64,000 nucleotides of DNA from an uncultured Candidatus Saccharibacteria bacterium (GCA_964467385.1 CAYXQC010000003.1:37798-101797), one strand, 5' to 3'. Shown: positions 8,960 to 18,384, numbered from the stretch's first letter. The notes: generated by a model from the sequence alone, not told the origin. Translations and numbers: made by a program.

Positions 8960-9225
8960 GTGGTTAAGGAAGTTAACCAAAATCGGTAAATTTCGTTAAC
9001 CAGAACTGGTTAACTTTGTTAACACACAAAAGAAAGAGAAATATAGAGAAACTTAGTATTAGGTACAACCTGTGGAAAAACTAGTCTAGTAGGTAGACTA
9101 GTCTAAAATTCAGACTACTTTTGGTCTATTTAGTAGACCGCAAGTAGTCTACGAAGTAGACACACAAAATCTAGGAAACAAAGGGAAACCTAGTATTAGG
9201 GATCGGGTGTGGACAAAGGGTCAAA
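8960..9225. promoter_or_regulatory. Palindrome/repeat cluster upstream of the recombinase gene. Candidate operator or recombination site.
   Basis: - Four GTTAAC-containing palindromes, including the 20-bp GTTAACCAGAACTGGTTAAC at 8995-9014.
- A 23-bp palindrome CTAGTCTAGTAGGTAGACTAGTC around 9081-9105.
- Further GTAGAC/GTCTAC half-sites to 9172.
- About 37-bp imperfect direct repeats (ACYTAGTATTAGG...TGTGGA.AAA) at 9049-9087 and 9187-9223 bracketing them. Confidence 0.4.
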
Positions 9226-9531
9226 AGCCACGACCTCTTTCCTTAATTTCTCAAAATCTCTGAAAACCCTGTTGTATATCCTTATGACTTTTCCTTTGCG
9301 CTTCTTGGTATCGCCATTCTCAAGAAAATCGACGAGGTCATCGTCGATGAAGGAAGCGAGAGAAATGTATGAGGCGACCAATAGCCTAATCCGCTCCCTG
9401 ATCGCCATCTTCAGATGCCTCTTTGACTCAGGCAACTTTGAGATACGGTTAAAAGGAGTAGAGCCTGTTGGCTCATGGTATTTGAAATGCTTTGAGGCTT
9501 CTATGATTGCTTCGATATCATCGTCTTTCAC
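9196..9531 (-). CDS. Hypothetical small protein (island)
   Basis: ORF track only; acidic/basic mixed, no motif recognised. Confidence 0.3.
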   Translation of the reverse strand: MKDDDIEAIIEASKHFKYHEPTGSTPFNRISKLPESKRHLKMAIRERIRLLVASYISLASFIDDDLVDFLENGDTKKRKGKVIRIYNRVFRDFEKLRKEVVAFDPLSTPDP

Positions 9532-9634
9532 CCCCTAACTGATGACGCTGTTCGCAAAGCCTGTCTAGACCCCTCAAAAGTCTCGAGGTTGGTAACCGAC
9601 TACACAAATTCCGATATGTAAGTTATGGTACTAA

Positions 9635-10633
9635 ATGCCTCTAAAAATGCTTCACTTAAGGTCGTTTTTATGCTTTAATATAGCCATTATGGAATTAGTT
9701 CGACTATTCAAAAATCTTACTAAAAACGATGCTGCCATTGCAGGTGGCAAAGGAGCCTCTTTAGGTGAGATGTCCCAAGCAGGAATCCCGGTCCCTCCGG
9801 GATTTGTTGTATTGTCGGAATCCTTCGAGCAATTTCTTCGAGAAACTGATCTTATTCAGGAAATTGATGCAATTCTCGATAACTTAAGTCACAAGGAGAT
9901 TCATCTAGTGGAAGCAGCATCAGAAAAAATCCGCGCACTTATTCTTTCCAAAGAGATGCCGAAAGATATTGCAACTGAAATAAGTAAATCTTCCAAAGAA
10001 CTTGGTTCAGAATTTGTAGCCGTACGATCGTCGGCCACTGCAGAGGATGGCCAAGATCACTCATGGGCAGGTCAACTCGAGTCTTATTTGAACGTAAAAG
10101 AAAATGATGTACTTAATAAAGTTAAGCACTGTTGGGCTTCGCTCTTTACCCCACGTGCAATCTTTTATCGTTTTGAAAAAGAACTTCACACAACAAAGAT
10201 TTCTGTGGCGGTTGTGGTGCAAAAAATGGTTGATTCAGAAATTTCTGGAATTGCATTCTCGGTTCATCCTGTAACTGAAGACAAGAACCAACTTATTATT
10301 GAAGCAGGATATGGATTGGGAGAAGCAATAGTGTCGGGATCGATTACCCCCGATAGTTATGTGGTTGAAAAAGAACCTCGGAAAATTCTCGATATCAATA
10401 TAGCAACACAAACCGAGGCACTCTATAAAAATACGGCGGGAGGAAATACATGGAAAAACATCCATGAACCAAAGGCAAGCTCTCAGGTATTAAAGGAGGT
10501 TCAAATTCTTGAGCTTGCTGATATAATTTTAAATATCGAGAAACATTACGGATTCCCCTGTGACATCGAGTGGGCGTTTGAAAGCGGAAAGTTTTATATT
10601 GTGCAAAGCAGACCCATTACTACATTAACTTAA
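9635..10633 (+). CDS. PEP-synthase / pyruvate-phosphate-dikinase N-terminal ATP-binding (PPDK_N) domain protein. Forms the N-terminal part of a rifampin-phosphotransferase-like enzyme.
   Basis: AIAGGKGASLGEMSQAGIPVPPGFVV and VAVRSSATAEDG motifs are typical of the PPDK_N nucleotide-binding domain. The ORF ends at an in-frame TAA three codons before the next ORF. Confidence 0.7.
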   Translation: MPLKMLHLRSFLCFNIAIMELVRLFKNLTKNDAAIAGGKGASLGEMSQAGIPVPPGFVVLSESFEQFLRETDLIQEIDAILDNLSHKEIHLVEAASEKIRALILSKEMPKDIATEISKSSKELGSEFVAVRSSATAEDGQDHSWAGQLESYLNVKENDVLNKVKHCWASLFTPRAIFYRFEKELHTTKISVAVVVQKMVDSEISGIAFSVHPVTEDKNQLIIEAGYGLGEAIVSGSITPDSYVVEKEPRKILDINIATQTEALYKNTAGGNTWKNIHEPKASSQVLKEVQILELADIILNIEKHYGFPCDIEWAFESGKFYIVQSRPITTLT

Positions 10634-10642
10634 ATCAAATTT

Positions 10643-12181
10643 ATGAATACAAACATCGAACAATTATTACAAAAATATACATTAACTCCCGATTTACTCA
10701 CTGATCCATTGATGAGTCTTGATATGGCTAAACTTGGGGACGACATCACTTCTTTTAAAGAAGAAGGTCTTTCCCAAGGATTTATTCGTCGTCGCATCGT
10801 GCTTTTTATGGATGGCTATCGATATTCGCTTCGTGCAGCAGAAAAGAGATGGGGTATTGATTTTGGATTTTATGAAACTGGAAAAGAACCAGTGAAGAAA
10901 GTATATTTTTCAGGAAAATTTAACGATAATGCAGCCGTGGTTTGGTTACAGAAGATGAACGAAGATAAAGACTTTGGAAATAATCTCGTTGAAGAACTCA
11001 AGACAATAATTGAAATGGAGAAATACTTGGCCGCTTCTGTCTCACAAACAGAACTGTCTAAGGAACAAATTAAAAAACACTTGGAGAATCATCTTTCGTG
11101 GTGGATTCAATTTTTTGAATTTGGATTTCTGTGGTTTTGTGCAGAAAATATTCAACAAGACACAAACGCAAAAATAGAAAAGATCTGGAAAGATACACCA
11201 GAATCGCTTAAGGAATTTCTTGAGGGTGTTTACAGACCAATGGACTTACCTGTATCAAGTGTAGAACAGCGAGATATTCTTGATATCAGCCAATTACAAG
11301 GAGAGGAACTTGAAAAAGCGCTCGACGCCCATTGGAAGAAGTACAAGCACCTATCTCTCCATAATATTGATGATGAGCCTTTTGATAAGGACTACTATGT
11401 AAGTCGAATTAAATCTCTACAAAAAGAAGGAGAATATGCAAAACAAAAAGACTTATTAACCCATGCTGATGCAGAAATTGGTGAAGCGACAAGCCTTCTC
11501 AAGGGTGCGGATATTCCAGAGGAACTAAAAAATAGAATCGAGTTTGTTCGCTGGTTCATGTTTCTTCGAACTGAATCGGTCGACAATATGATGCTAGTGA
11601 ATTCCTCATACAGACATGTATTCGATTCTCTATCAAAGTTATTTGATTTACCGATAGAGGCAGTACTCAATATGACATACAAGGAAATATTTGAGAGTCT
11701 TGAGGCTGGTAAACTTACTCTTTCTAAAGAAGTTATACTGGATAGATTAGAAAATGGTTATGCTTACTTTATTGGATATCGAACTGAAGCATTGCTTACT
11801 GGAGATGATAGACAAAAACTTATTGATATCCTACATCCTGCAACAAACGAAGAAATTATTAAGGAAATAAAAGGACAGATTGCATACAAAGGTAAGATTC
11901 AAGCGATAGCACGAGTCATTCTTGACCGAAAAAATGCTTCCGAGCTACAAGAAGGTGAAATTCTTGTGACCGCCATGACATCTCCAGACTTCGTGCCAGC
12001 CATGAAGATTTCAGCGGGAATCATTACCAATGAAGGAGGAGTACTGTGTCATGCCGCTATCATGTCTCGCGAACTACGAAAGCCTTGTGTTATAGGTACT
12101 AAGACGGCTACCGATATAATAAAGACTGGGGATTTGGTTGAATTAGATGGTGATACTGGAATAATTAAAATTCTAAGCTAG
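10643..12181 (+). CDS. PEP-utilising-enzyme mobile (swivel His) domain protein. C-terminal part of the same RPH-like phosphotransferase.
   Basis: C-terminal GGVLCHAAIMSRELRKPCVIGT is the PEP-utilizers phosphohistidine domain signature, at the extreme C-terminus as in rifampin phosphotransferases. Same reading frame as 9635-10633. Confidence 0.7.
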   Translation: MNTNIEQLLQKYTLTPDLLTDPLMSLDMAKLGDDITSFKEEGLSQGFIRRRIVLFMDGYRYSLRAAEKRWGIDFGFYETGKEPVKKVYFSGKFNDNAAVVWLQKMNEDKDFGNNLVEELKTIIEMEKYLAASVSQTELSKEQIKKHLENHLSWWIQFFEFGFLWFCAENIQQDTNAKIEKIWKDTPESLKEFLEGVYRPMDLPVSSVEQRDILDISQLQGEELEKALDAHWKKYKHLSLHNIDDEPFDKDYYVSRIKSLQKEGEYAKQKDLLTHADAEIGEATSLLKGADIPEELKNRIEFVRWFMFLRTESVDNMMLVNSSYRHVFDSLSKLFDLPIEAVLNMTYKEIFESLEAGKLTLSKEVILDRLENGYAYFIGYRTEALLTGDDRQKLIDILHPATNEEIIKEIKGQIAYKGKIQAIARVILDRKNASELQEGEILVTAMTSPDFVPAMKISAGIITNEGGVLCHAAIMSRELRKPCVIGTKTATDIIKTGDLVELDGDTGIIKILS

Positions 12182-12183
12182 AT

Positions 12184-13026
12184 ATGAAAGAGTCTTTTCC
12201 AAACAATTCCGACGCTATAATCACCAGACATTCTATTCGAGGGGAAAACTCTGAATATGAAGGGCTGTCACCAGAAGGTATTGAGAAAGCAAAAGAAAGG
12301 GCAAAGGATTTCGTGGAAATTATTGAAAAATCTGAACCAGGTACGGTTATATTTTTTGGCGGTGGTTCAACAGAAGCTCGAACAACCTCCACTTTGGAAG
12401 TTTATGTGGATGAAACAAAAAGCTTGTTAAAAGAGAAAGAGGGTGTCTTGTTTTTCGATCAGGAATCAATATCAGAAAAAGCACAGCGTGGTCACCTGTC
12501 CGCAGCAGAAGAGCTTAAAAAAGAAGCAGATGATAATCCTGAGGCAAAAGTAGTTGTAGATCTACCGCTTGTTATTAAGGATTTTCTTAAAGACGAATGG
12601 TGGTATGAGGAAGATGGAACGGTTAAAGAGCCGTGGCAATCTTTATTAGATAAACATGGGAAAGATTACTCATCCATAGTTCGAGACTGGTTTGAGACTC
12701 AGGGAATGTATGATGGTGAGCAAAAGGTTCCTAAACCTATTGAAGTTGCTGAAAGCTATCTAAATGGAATTAAACGATTACAAGGTTTTGTTAGAAAGTT
12801 TTCAGGAGATAGGAACGTTAAAGTTGTAGTTGTCGGGCATAGCATTCAGATGGATGCTTTACTTACTTATTTGGCAAATGATGGGGTTGTAGATTTAGAA
12901 GGATTTGAAAATATCGGAGACAAAGTTGTAGATACAACTGAAATGTCTGTTATTGAACCTGATGAAGATGGAGGCATTCATCTTTCTTATAGGGGTAAAG
13001 AGTTTATTTTTGGAGAAAATCAATAA
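12184..13026 (+). CDS. Histidine phosphatase superfamily (phosphoglycerate-mutase-like) protein
   Basis: N-terminal ITRHSIRGEN (RHG-type catalytic motif) and VVVGHS later; start 2 nt after the preceding stop. Confidence 0.55.
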   Translation: MKESFPNNSDAIITRHSIRGENSEYEGLSPEGIEKAKERAKDFVEIIEKSEPGTVIFFGGGSTEARTTSTLEVYVDETKSLLKEKEGVLFFDQESISEKAQRGHLSAAEELKKEADDNPEAKVVVDLPLVIKDFLKDEWWYEEDGTVKEPWQSLLDKHGKDYSSIVRDWFETQGMYDGEQKVPKPIEVAESYLNGIKRLQGFVRKFSGDRNVKVVVVGHSIQMDALLTYLANDGVVDLEGFENIGDKVVDTTEMSVIEPDEDGGIHLSYRGKEFIFGENQ

Positions 13027-13031
13027 ATAAT

Positions 13032-15128
13032 CTAAATCCCAATATATGGAAATTGGGGTAAGTCATCTTCCTCAAAATCTTCCTGCTGTGCTGGTCTCTG
13101 AATAATTCTCTTGTCTTTTGCAATAGTGAGTACAAGCGCATCGGGAATAGACGAGTCGATACCTTCTTCAGTAAGTTCATCTCGATCAATCATTTTTCTC
13201 TTGCCATTCGTATCGGCATAAACCATGTACAGAAGATCATCGAAGACATGTCTCCCTACAAGCTTTCCAATCCTTAACCATCCTGTCAGTTTTGAATATG
13301 CCCTCGCCCAATTGTCGGCAAACAGGTTGCCATCAAACTGTGGTTGCTCATTCATAGTGATTCCGTACCGTTGTCGATTCCCATATTTGTTGATGTTGAA
13401 ATGACCAACTGCGAGATGTCTCAATAGATTGCACAATTCCTGCCCTCGATCTGCTTTGTCGATAAAAATGTTCTCGTCCGATATCGGCACGTCATGTATC
13501 TTTGCGAGTTCGATAACTTTTAAGACGACTGTCGTCACATCCTGCATCGGCTCATGATACAGAACCTCAGCCGCATTCTCAGCTCTAAGCACGATAGTTG
13601 AGTAAGTCCTGTTTTTGTCTGCCAACACCACTCCCAGTCTTTTGTCTCCGAAATACGAAACCCTTTCCTGATAGCTGTCATTAAGAAGTCTTTCATCAAA
13701 GAGTGCATGATACCCCTTTGGTATATTCGATTCCTGATCCATCATGCTCCATACGAGGATGCAGAATGCATCTGAAAGGTCATCGTGCTTTTCCGTGCCA
13801 AAGCCCACGAGCTGTTCGATCAGCTTCTCAGCGCCATATCGAGGGAAGAGCACTGTTCCTGATTGAATGTGGTGTGAGATGAGTGACAGTCTAGCTCGCT
13901 TATCCGATCCTTGAGTCTTGTATTCCTTTGCGGGAAAGTTTTCCGATTTCAGATGGTCGATGATCGACTTCTGGTATCCCGCGTTCTCGATCCATACGTG
14001 TGCGTTTCCTAAAGTCTTTGACAGCGACTTAATCTTCTCAATCGTCTTCGGGAAATCCATTCGCTCGTTCACAGGATTCGGCAACACATAAATCTTCAAT
14101 GCCTTCTTTCTGCCGTATATCTTTCCTGAAACCATCGCTGTATAGTCCGCATTGTCCTTCTCGCTGATTGCGGGATCAATGCCGGTAGCGGTGAACCGAC
14201 ACGCATCAGCAGGCAGTGAATCGTAATATCGTATCCATTCAGGACGAATTACTTGATCATCATCTGCAATAATCTGGAGCATGTATTCTCTCTGCCATGC
14301 TTGAAGGCTCGGTACTGATTTTCTCAAAGTTTCTACTTCAGCATCCGTTCGGTACTTGTCCTTCCATAAAGGCTGATTATTCTCATCAAGGAATGGATAC
14401 GCCCTTGCAACGCCATCCATTCGACCTTCGAGAATGGCTTTCTTCAATCTCATGATGATCGAATCGTTATGAAGCTTCGTGCCGATCACAATTAATCTCG
14501 TGTCCTTGTCTCCAAGAGGAATGATGTCTCCCATAAGCCAGTTGAACATCTTGTCTCGACTCTCTTGGGTTTTGACGATATCCAAATCCTCAAGGTCGTC
14601 AGCAATTATCAAATCTGGCCTATGCGCCCCGTGCTTGATACCTCGAATCGAGTTATCGATTGAAGCTACTGTCACTCTCGCTCCGTATTTCGGCAACACG
14701 ATTGATACCGCACGCCACTCATCATTCGGCTCCTCGAATGGTCCGAGGTCTAATCTAAGTAATCGGTTGTGCTCAAGCTCCAGTTTGATGTTTGCAAGAT
14801 ACTGCCGTGCTTGACTTTCGGTCTTGGCGATAATTAAAACAAATTTTCTCTGCTGCATTCCGAGGATAGACCAGATCGCATAGGAAGTCCCCATGATCGT
14901 GGTCTTTCCTGATCCTCGGAATGCTTCGATAACCATGGTCTTATGAGACGCTTCGGTGAGTTCAAACAATTCCTTATGAAATTGCGCCGTCTTGTATTTA
15001 ACATAGTGGGAAAAGTAGATGTGGAAGAACCAGTGATGACAGGCTCTTGTAGTCGCACGCCTCACTCGTTGATTCTTAACTATCTCATCAATCTTTTCTG
15101 CCGATACTTCGGTGTCGTGGTTATGCAT
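13032..15128 (-). CDS. Phage terminase large subunit-like protein (ATPase + nuclease)
   Basis: Walker A EAFRGSGKTT after an N-terminal extension of about 60 aa; Walker B-like LIIADDLED; approximately 700-aa length; immediately preceded by a small HTH protein with overlapping stop/start. Confidence 0.6.
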   Translation of the reverse strand: MHNHDTEVSAEKIDEIVKNQRVRRATTRACHHWFFHIYFSHYVKYKTAQFHKELFELTEASHKTMVIEAFRGSGKTTIMGTSYAIWSILGMQQRKFVLIIAKTESQARQYLANIKLELEHNRLLRLDLGPFEEPNDEWRAVSIVLPKYGARVTVASIDNSIRGIKHGAHRPDLIIADDLEDLDIVKTQESRDKMFNWLMGDIIPLGDKDTRLIVIGTKLHNDSIIMRLKKAILEGRMDGVARAYPFLDENNQPLWKDKYRTDAEVETLRKSVPSLQAWQREYMLQIIADDDQVIRPEWIRYYDSLPADACRFTATGIDPAISEKDNADYTAMVSGKIYGRKKALKIYVLPNPVNERMDFPKTIEKIKSLSKTLGNAHVWIENAGYQKSIIDHLKSENFPAKEYKTQGSDKRARLSLISHHIQSGTVLFPRYGAEKLIEQLVGFGTEKHDDLSDAFCILVWSMMDQESNIPKGYHALFDERLLNDSYQERVSYFGDKRLGVVLADKNRTYSTIVLRAENAAEVLYHEPMQDVTTVVLKVIELAKIHDVPISDENIFIDKADRGQELCNLLRHLAVGHFNINKYGNRQRYGITMNEQPQFDGNLFADNWARAYSKLTGWLRIGKLVGRHVFDDLLYMVYADTNGKRKMIDRDELTEEGIDSSIPDALVLTIAKDKRIIQRPAQQEDFEEDDLPQFPYIGI

Positions 15129-15558
15129 GGTCGATTGTAGTTAATCCGAGAGCCTCACGCACCATCTTTTCTTCTTGAGGAGTGAGAGCTTCTTCCTCTG
15201 CGGTCTTGGTGGTAAGTTCGACCTTGTTTCTATACTTAGGATGATGCTGTCTGAGCCACAATTGGATTGCAGGAAAATTCTTTTCCTTGATGAGTGTAAT
15301 GAGCTGACTTTCGGAAAGATCATTGATCATTTCCTCGCCGTCCTGCATGGCCTCGTCAGTCGCTTTCTTGAATTTCGCATCATCACGTCTCCATCGGTAG
15401 TAGGTGCTACGACCAATATTGCTTCTCTCACATGCAATCTGCACGATCGGTATCTTTCGGAGCTGTTCCAAGACGACTTTCTGTTCAACTTTGTTTCTTT
15501 TTAGGGTTGATTCTCTTTTCATAATTTCATTGCTTTTAAGTTTGTTAATTTTTCCCAT
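15121..15558 (-). CDS. Small HTH DNA-binding protein. Probable terminase small subunit.
   Basis: 145 aa; helix-turn-helix IACERSNIGRSTYYRWRR; 8-nt overlap with the terminase large subunit start. Confidence 0.4.
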   Translation of the reverse strand: MGKINKLKSNEIMKRESTLKRNKVEQKVVLEQLRKIPIVQIACERSNIGRSTYYRWRRDDAKFKKATDEAMQDGEEMINDLSESQLITLIKEKNFPAIQLWLRQHHPKYRNKVELTTKTAEEEALTPQEEKMVREALGLTTIDHA

Positions 15559-16349
15559 CTAATAATTGCGGTCTGTACGTACTCGGGATCAAGCTCTATG
15601 GCGATACATGCTCGCTTGGTCTGCTCGCACGCCAATAGACATGTTCCAGAGCCAAGAAAGGCATCGTAAACGACATTGCCAATGCGAGTGCTATTGAGGA
15701 TGAGATGTCGAATAAGTGGCACAGGCTTAGTCGTAGGGTGGAATGGACTCTTGTTCGGCTTCGGATGAACGATGACACTCTTGTCTTTTGATTTTAAGAA
15801 TTCATGCGTTCCATACCATCCGTATGCGATGAGTTCATGCATCGGTGCATAATCCATTCTTCCAACCACTGCTTGAGTTTTCACCCACACAATCAATTGA
15901 GCGAATTTACAGCCGATTGATTTCATTCCGTCACGCAAGGCGAATATCATCTTGTCGGAGTTGAAGATGTACAGAGCATTCTTCCGTTCAAGATGTGGAG
16001 TTACCGCACTAAGCCAGTCTTCAGTGAACTTCTTGTATTCCTCGTCAGACTGAAGGTGATCATTCTCAATCTTCTTGCCTTTGAGCAATGCTTTAAAGTT
16101 CTGCTTGCTCTCCGCAACCGCAACTCCGTAGGGCGGATCGGAAATGATTGCCTTAATTTTTCTTTTACTAACCACCCTTGAGACGAACTCCTTGTCTCTC
16201 GAATCACCGCAAGCAATCGTGTGTTCGCCAAGTTGAAAGATGTCTCCCGCCTTAATTGAGTTTTGTGACTTTTTCATTTGGAGAGAGTTGTCTAAAGCGG
16301 TTGATAATGAGTTGGCAGAATATCGGTTCCATTTCGCAGAGATACGCAA
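15519..16349 (-). CDS. DNA N6-adenine/N4-cytosine methyltransferase (N6_N4_Mtase family). Real start probably the internal Met near 16277.
   Basis: IISDPPYG catalytic motif and C-terminal FLGSGT SAM-binding motif. Confidence 0.75.
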   Translation of the reverse strand: MRISAKWNRYSANSLSTALDNSLQMKKSQNSIKAGDIFQLGEHTIACGDSRDKEFVSRVVSKRKIKAIISDPPYGVAVAESKQNFKALLKGKKIENDHLQSDEEYKKFTEDWLSAVTPHLERKNALYIFNSDKMIFALRDGMKSIGCKFAQLIVWVKTQAVVGRMDYAPMHELIAYGWYGTHEFLKSKDKSVIVHPKPNKSPFHPTTKPVPLIRHLILNSTRIGNVVYDAFLGSGTCLLACEQTKRACIAIELDPEYVQTAIIRWEKLTNLKAMKL

Positions 16350-17538
16350 TGCGTTTCAACTGTTCGCACGCTGACAGGATGCTTCCTGATCCGCCAGTAA
16401 TATCGAGGACGATATCACCAGGGCGACTACACCTACGCAATGCTTTCTCATGCAAGGTAGGAGGCTTCTGTGTCGGATGTGCATATTCCTGTGACGGCAG
16501 TCGCTTCACGAGCCAGATATTGAGCATGTCTAGAATATCCTCGACTAATCTGTTGCCAGTCGTGGTTTCTTTGTTCAATACTTCATTGAGATTTTTAATC
16601 TTGTCAGACAAGTAAGGTTTTCCTCTCGTGCCGTATACGCAATATTCGGTGACCTTGTTGAATGCCACCTGCGGTGTCGGGGAAGCATTGTCTTTAACCC
16701 ACAAGCAGAGTCGCTTTGAATCGATACCAAGCTCCTTGTAGAGTTCTTGGAATAGCCAAACGTATCGCTCATCGCACCAGAAGAAAACGTGAGCGTCTGG
16801 CTTGGTCACGCTCAATGCGTTTTGGATAAGTGTCTTTGCGAATGTTTTATACTCGTCATCCGTTTTGCTGTCGTCAGTTGTTCCACCATATTTAGCTTTA
16901 TTGCCGACACCTTTGTCATACGAGAGACCGATGTTGTATGGAGGATCGGTATTGATCATGTCGGCAAGATTTTCATTCATGAGAAACTTGATCATGTTTT
17001 GATCTGTAGAATTGCCGCAGAGAAGTCTGTGGCGACCGAGAGCAAAGTAGTCGCCGAATTTTATATCGGTTTCCTTTATTTTCTCCAACTCTTTTTCCTC
17101 ATCGAAGTTGTCGTCACTCACTTCGAGATTGTCATCAAAGATATTAGTGAGATCGGTTGAATCAAAGCCTGCCATGAGCAGGGTGTCGATGTCGAAGTCG
17201 CTCGCCAGTATCTCCCAGTCCCAAGAGCCGCCTGAACGATTGCTTGTTAATAAATATTGTTTGAACTCAGAAGGGGTGAGCTTGCGATTCGGTGTTCTCA
17301 CCTCGATTTCTTCTTCACCTCGACCTAGCAGTTGCAGCGCTTTGATGCGCTGATGGCCTGCGACGATCTTTCCGTCAGTGTTGATCGCAGGAAGCTCTGC
17401 AAGATTGAACTTCTTCAAGCTTTCCTTTAAGTCTTCCATCTGCTTGTCCGTGATTTTCCTCGGATTCTTCTCGTAGGGCAGAAGATCGTTTACCCGGCGC
17501 TTTTCGGTACGCCATACCAGTGGTGTTAATTTGGACAT
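16252..17538 (-). CDS. ParB-like nuclease domain fused to DNA methyltransferase (phage-type ParB-MTase)
   Basis: N-terminal ParB/Srx-like region (KITDKQMEDLKESLKKFNLAELPAINTDGKIVAGHQRIKAL), INTDPPYN catalytic motif, C-terminal DITGGSGS SAM motif. Confidence 0.75.
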   Translation of the reverse strand: MSKLTPLVWRTEKRRVNDLLPYEKNPRKITDKQMEDLKESLKKFNLAELPAINTDGKIVAGHQRIKALQLLGRGEEEIEVRTPNRKLTPSEFKQYLLTSNRSGGSWDWEILASDFDIDTLLMAGFDSTDLTNIFDDNLEVSDDNFDEEKELEKIKETDIKFGDYFALGRHRLLCGNSTDQNMIKFLMNENLADMINTDPPYNIGLSYDKGVGNKAKYGGTTDDSKTDDEYKTFAKTLIQNALSVTKPDAHVFFWCDERYVWLFQELYKELGIDSKRLCLWVKDNASPTPQVAFNKVTEYCVYGTRGKPYLSDKIKNLNEVLNKETTTGNRLVEDILDMLNIWLVKRLPSQEYAHPTQKPPTLHEKALRRCSRPGDIVLDITGGSGSILSACEQLKRIAYLCEMEPIFCQLIINRFRQLSPNEKVTKLN

Positions 17539-17599
17539 ATATATTTACGGTTATTAATAATAGGCACAGTATGCGTTCCACAACTTGATCTAAATGTAG

Positions 17600-17775
17600 G
17601 AATTACTCTTGCTCCTCACTTAATCATGCGTGTGAAAAAGTGATTTTTGTGTTGCATTACTCTTCTGTCCTGAGACAATGGTAAATCCCAAAAAGTGACA
17701 AATCGTGGTGCATTACTTTTGCCATCCATAATGCTACTCGTGAAAAAATGCAAAAAGGTGTGCATTACTTTCTCT
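17600..17775. repeat. Periodic iteron-like repeats upstream of the ParB-MTase/terminase operon
   Basis: Four copies of ..TGCATTACTYTT / ATTACTCTT at 17603, 17656, 17712 and 17764 (spacing 52-56 bp). The three downstream copies at 17630-17664, 17690-17720 and 17739-17772 are preceded by AAAAAGTGA-type blocks. Confidence 0.45.
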
Positions 17776-18172
17776 ACCCAGAATCGTATGCTGGCCAACG
17801 TATCCGATTAGTGGGTATTGAAAATGCTACTGGATAAAAAACGTGTAAAATCGTGCGGAATCAATTTCACTTTCTTATCCTCTAAAAGCGTAGCGGACCC
17901 GAACCCTTCTGTCTGGGGGAATTACCTGGCAGAGAATGAATATGAAAATCAGTCCAGCAATCCTCTGAAAATATGCAAAATCAAAATGGCACACTGCTTT
18001 GGCACAGTGTGCTGTTCCAATACCTCTGAAATACCCTTATGTTGCTTGGCGAAAGATGTCGAAACCATCCTTACGGGGCTTGTTTGAAACACTGCCCCTG
18101 CGTGTGCCAAATTGTGCCAATTTGGGAAAGGGAGACCCCGACCCACGAACCCCAAATTGATCAGTCCAAATA

Positions 18173-18229
18173 TGCTAAAATACCCTTACAAGGTCTCACC
18201 CATGGGGTACTTAACCCACGATGCCCGCA
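18173..18229 (+). repeat. Copy A of a 57-nt duplicated block with an extended -10 promoter-like start
   Basis: TGCTAAAATACCCTTA ... GGTACTTAACCCACGATGCCCGCA; followed by hairpin ACCAGTTTTAACTGGT. Confidence 0.4.
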
Positions 18230-18384
18230 TTGACGATACGAACCAGTTTTAACTGGTGAGTGTCGGCAACTTTCTGATACAGTAGGAAGCGAAGCTTTTG
18301 GGGATTCGAAAAGGTTCTCCCATATTTTCGAGAATGAGCGTAGCGAGTTTGAGAAAATGGGAAACCTGTACTGAAGCTGTAAGC

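Noticed and set aside
10631-10633. Alternative genetic code (stop reassignment) to explain the in-frame TAA
   Set aside because: TGA, TAA and TAG all terminate well-conserved proteins elsewhere in the window (e.g. the sigma factor ends with TGA, rplT and smpB with standard stops). Code 11 is assumed. The TAA is treated as a real stop or a mutation.
17600-17775. Possible CRISPR array
   Set aside because: Only four repeats, about 9-35 bp and imperfect, with 52-56 bp periodicity, and no cas genes in the window. Reads as iterons/operators rather than CRISPR.
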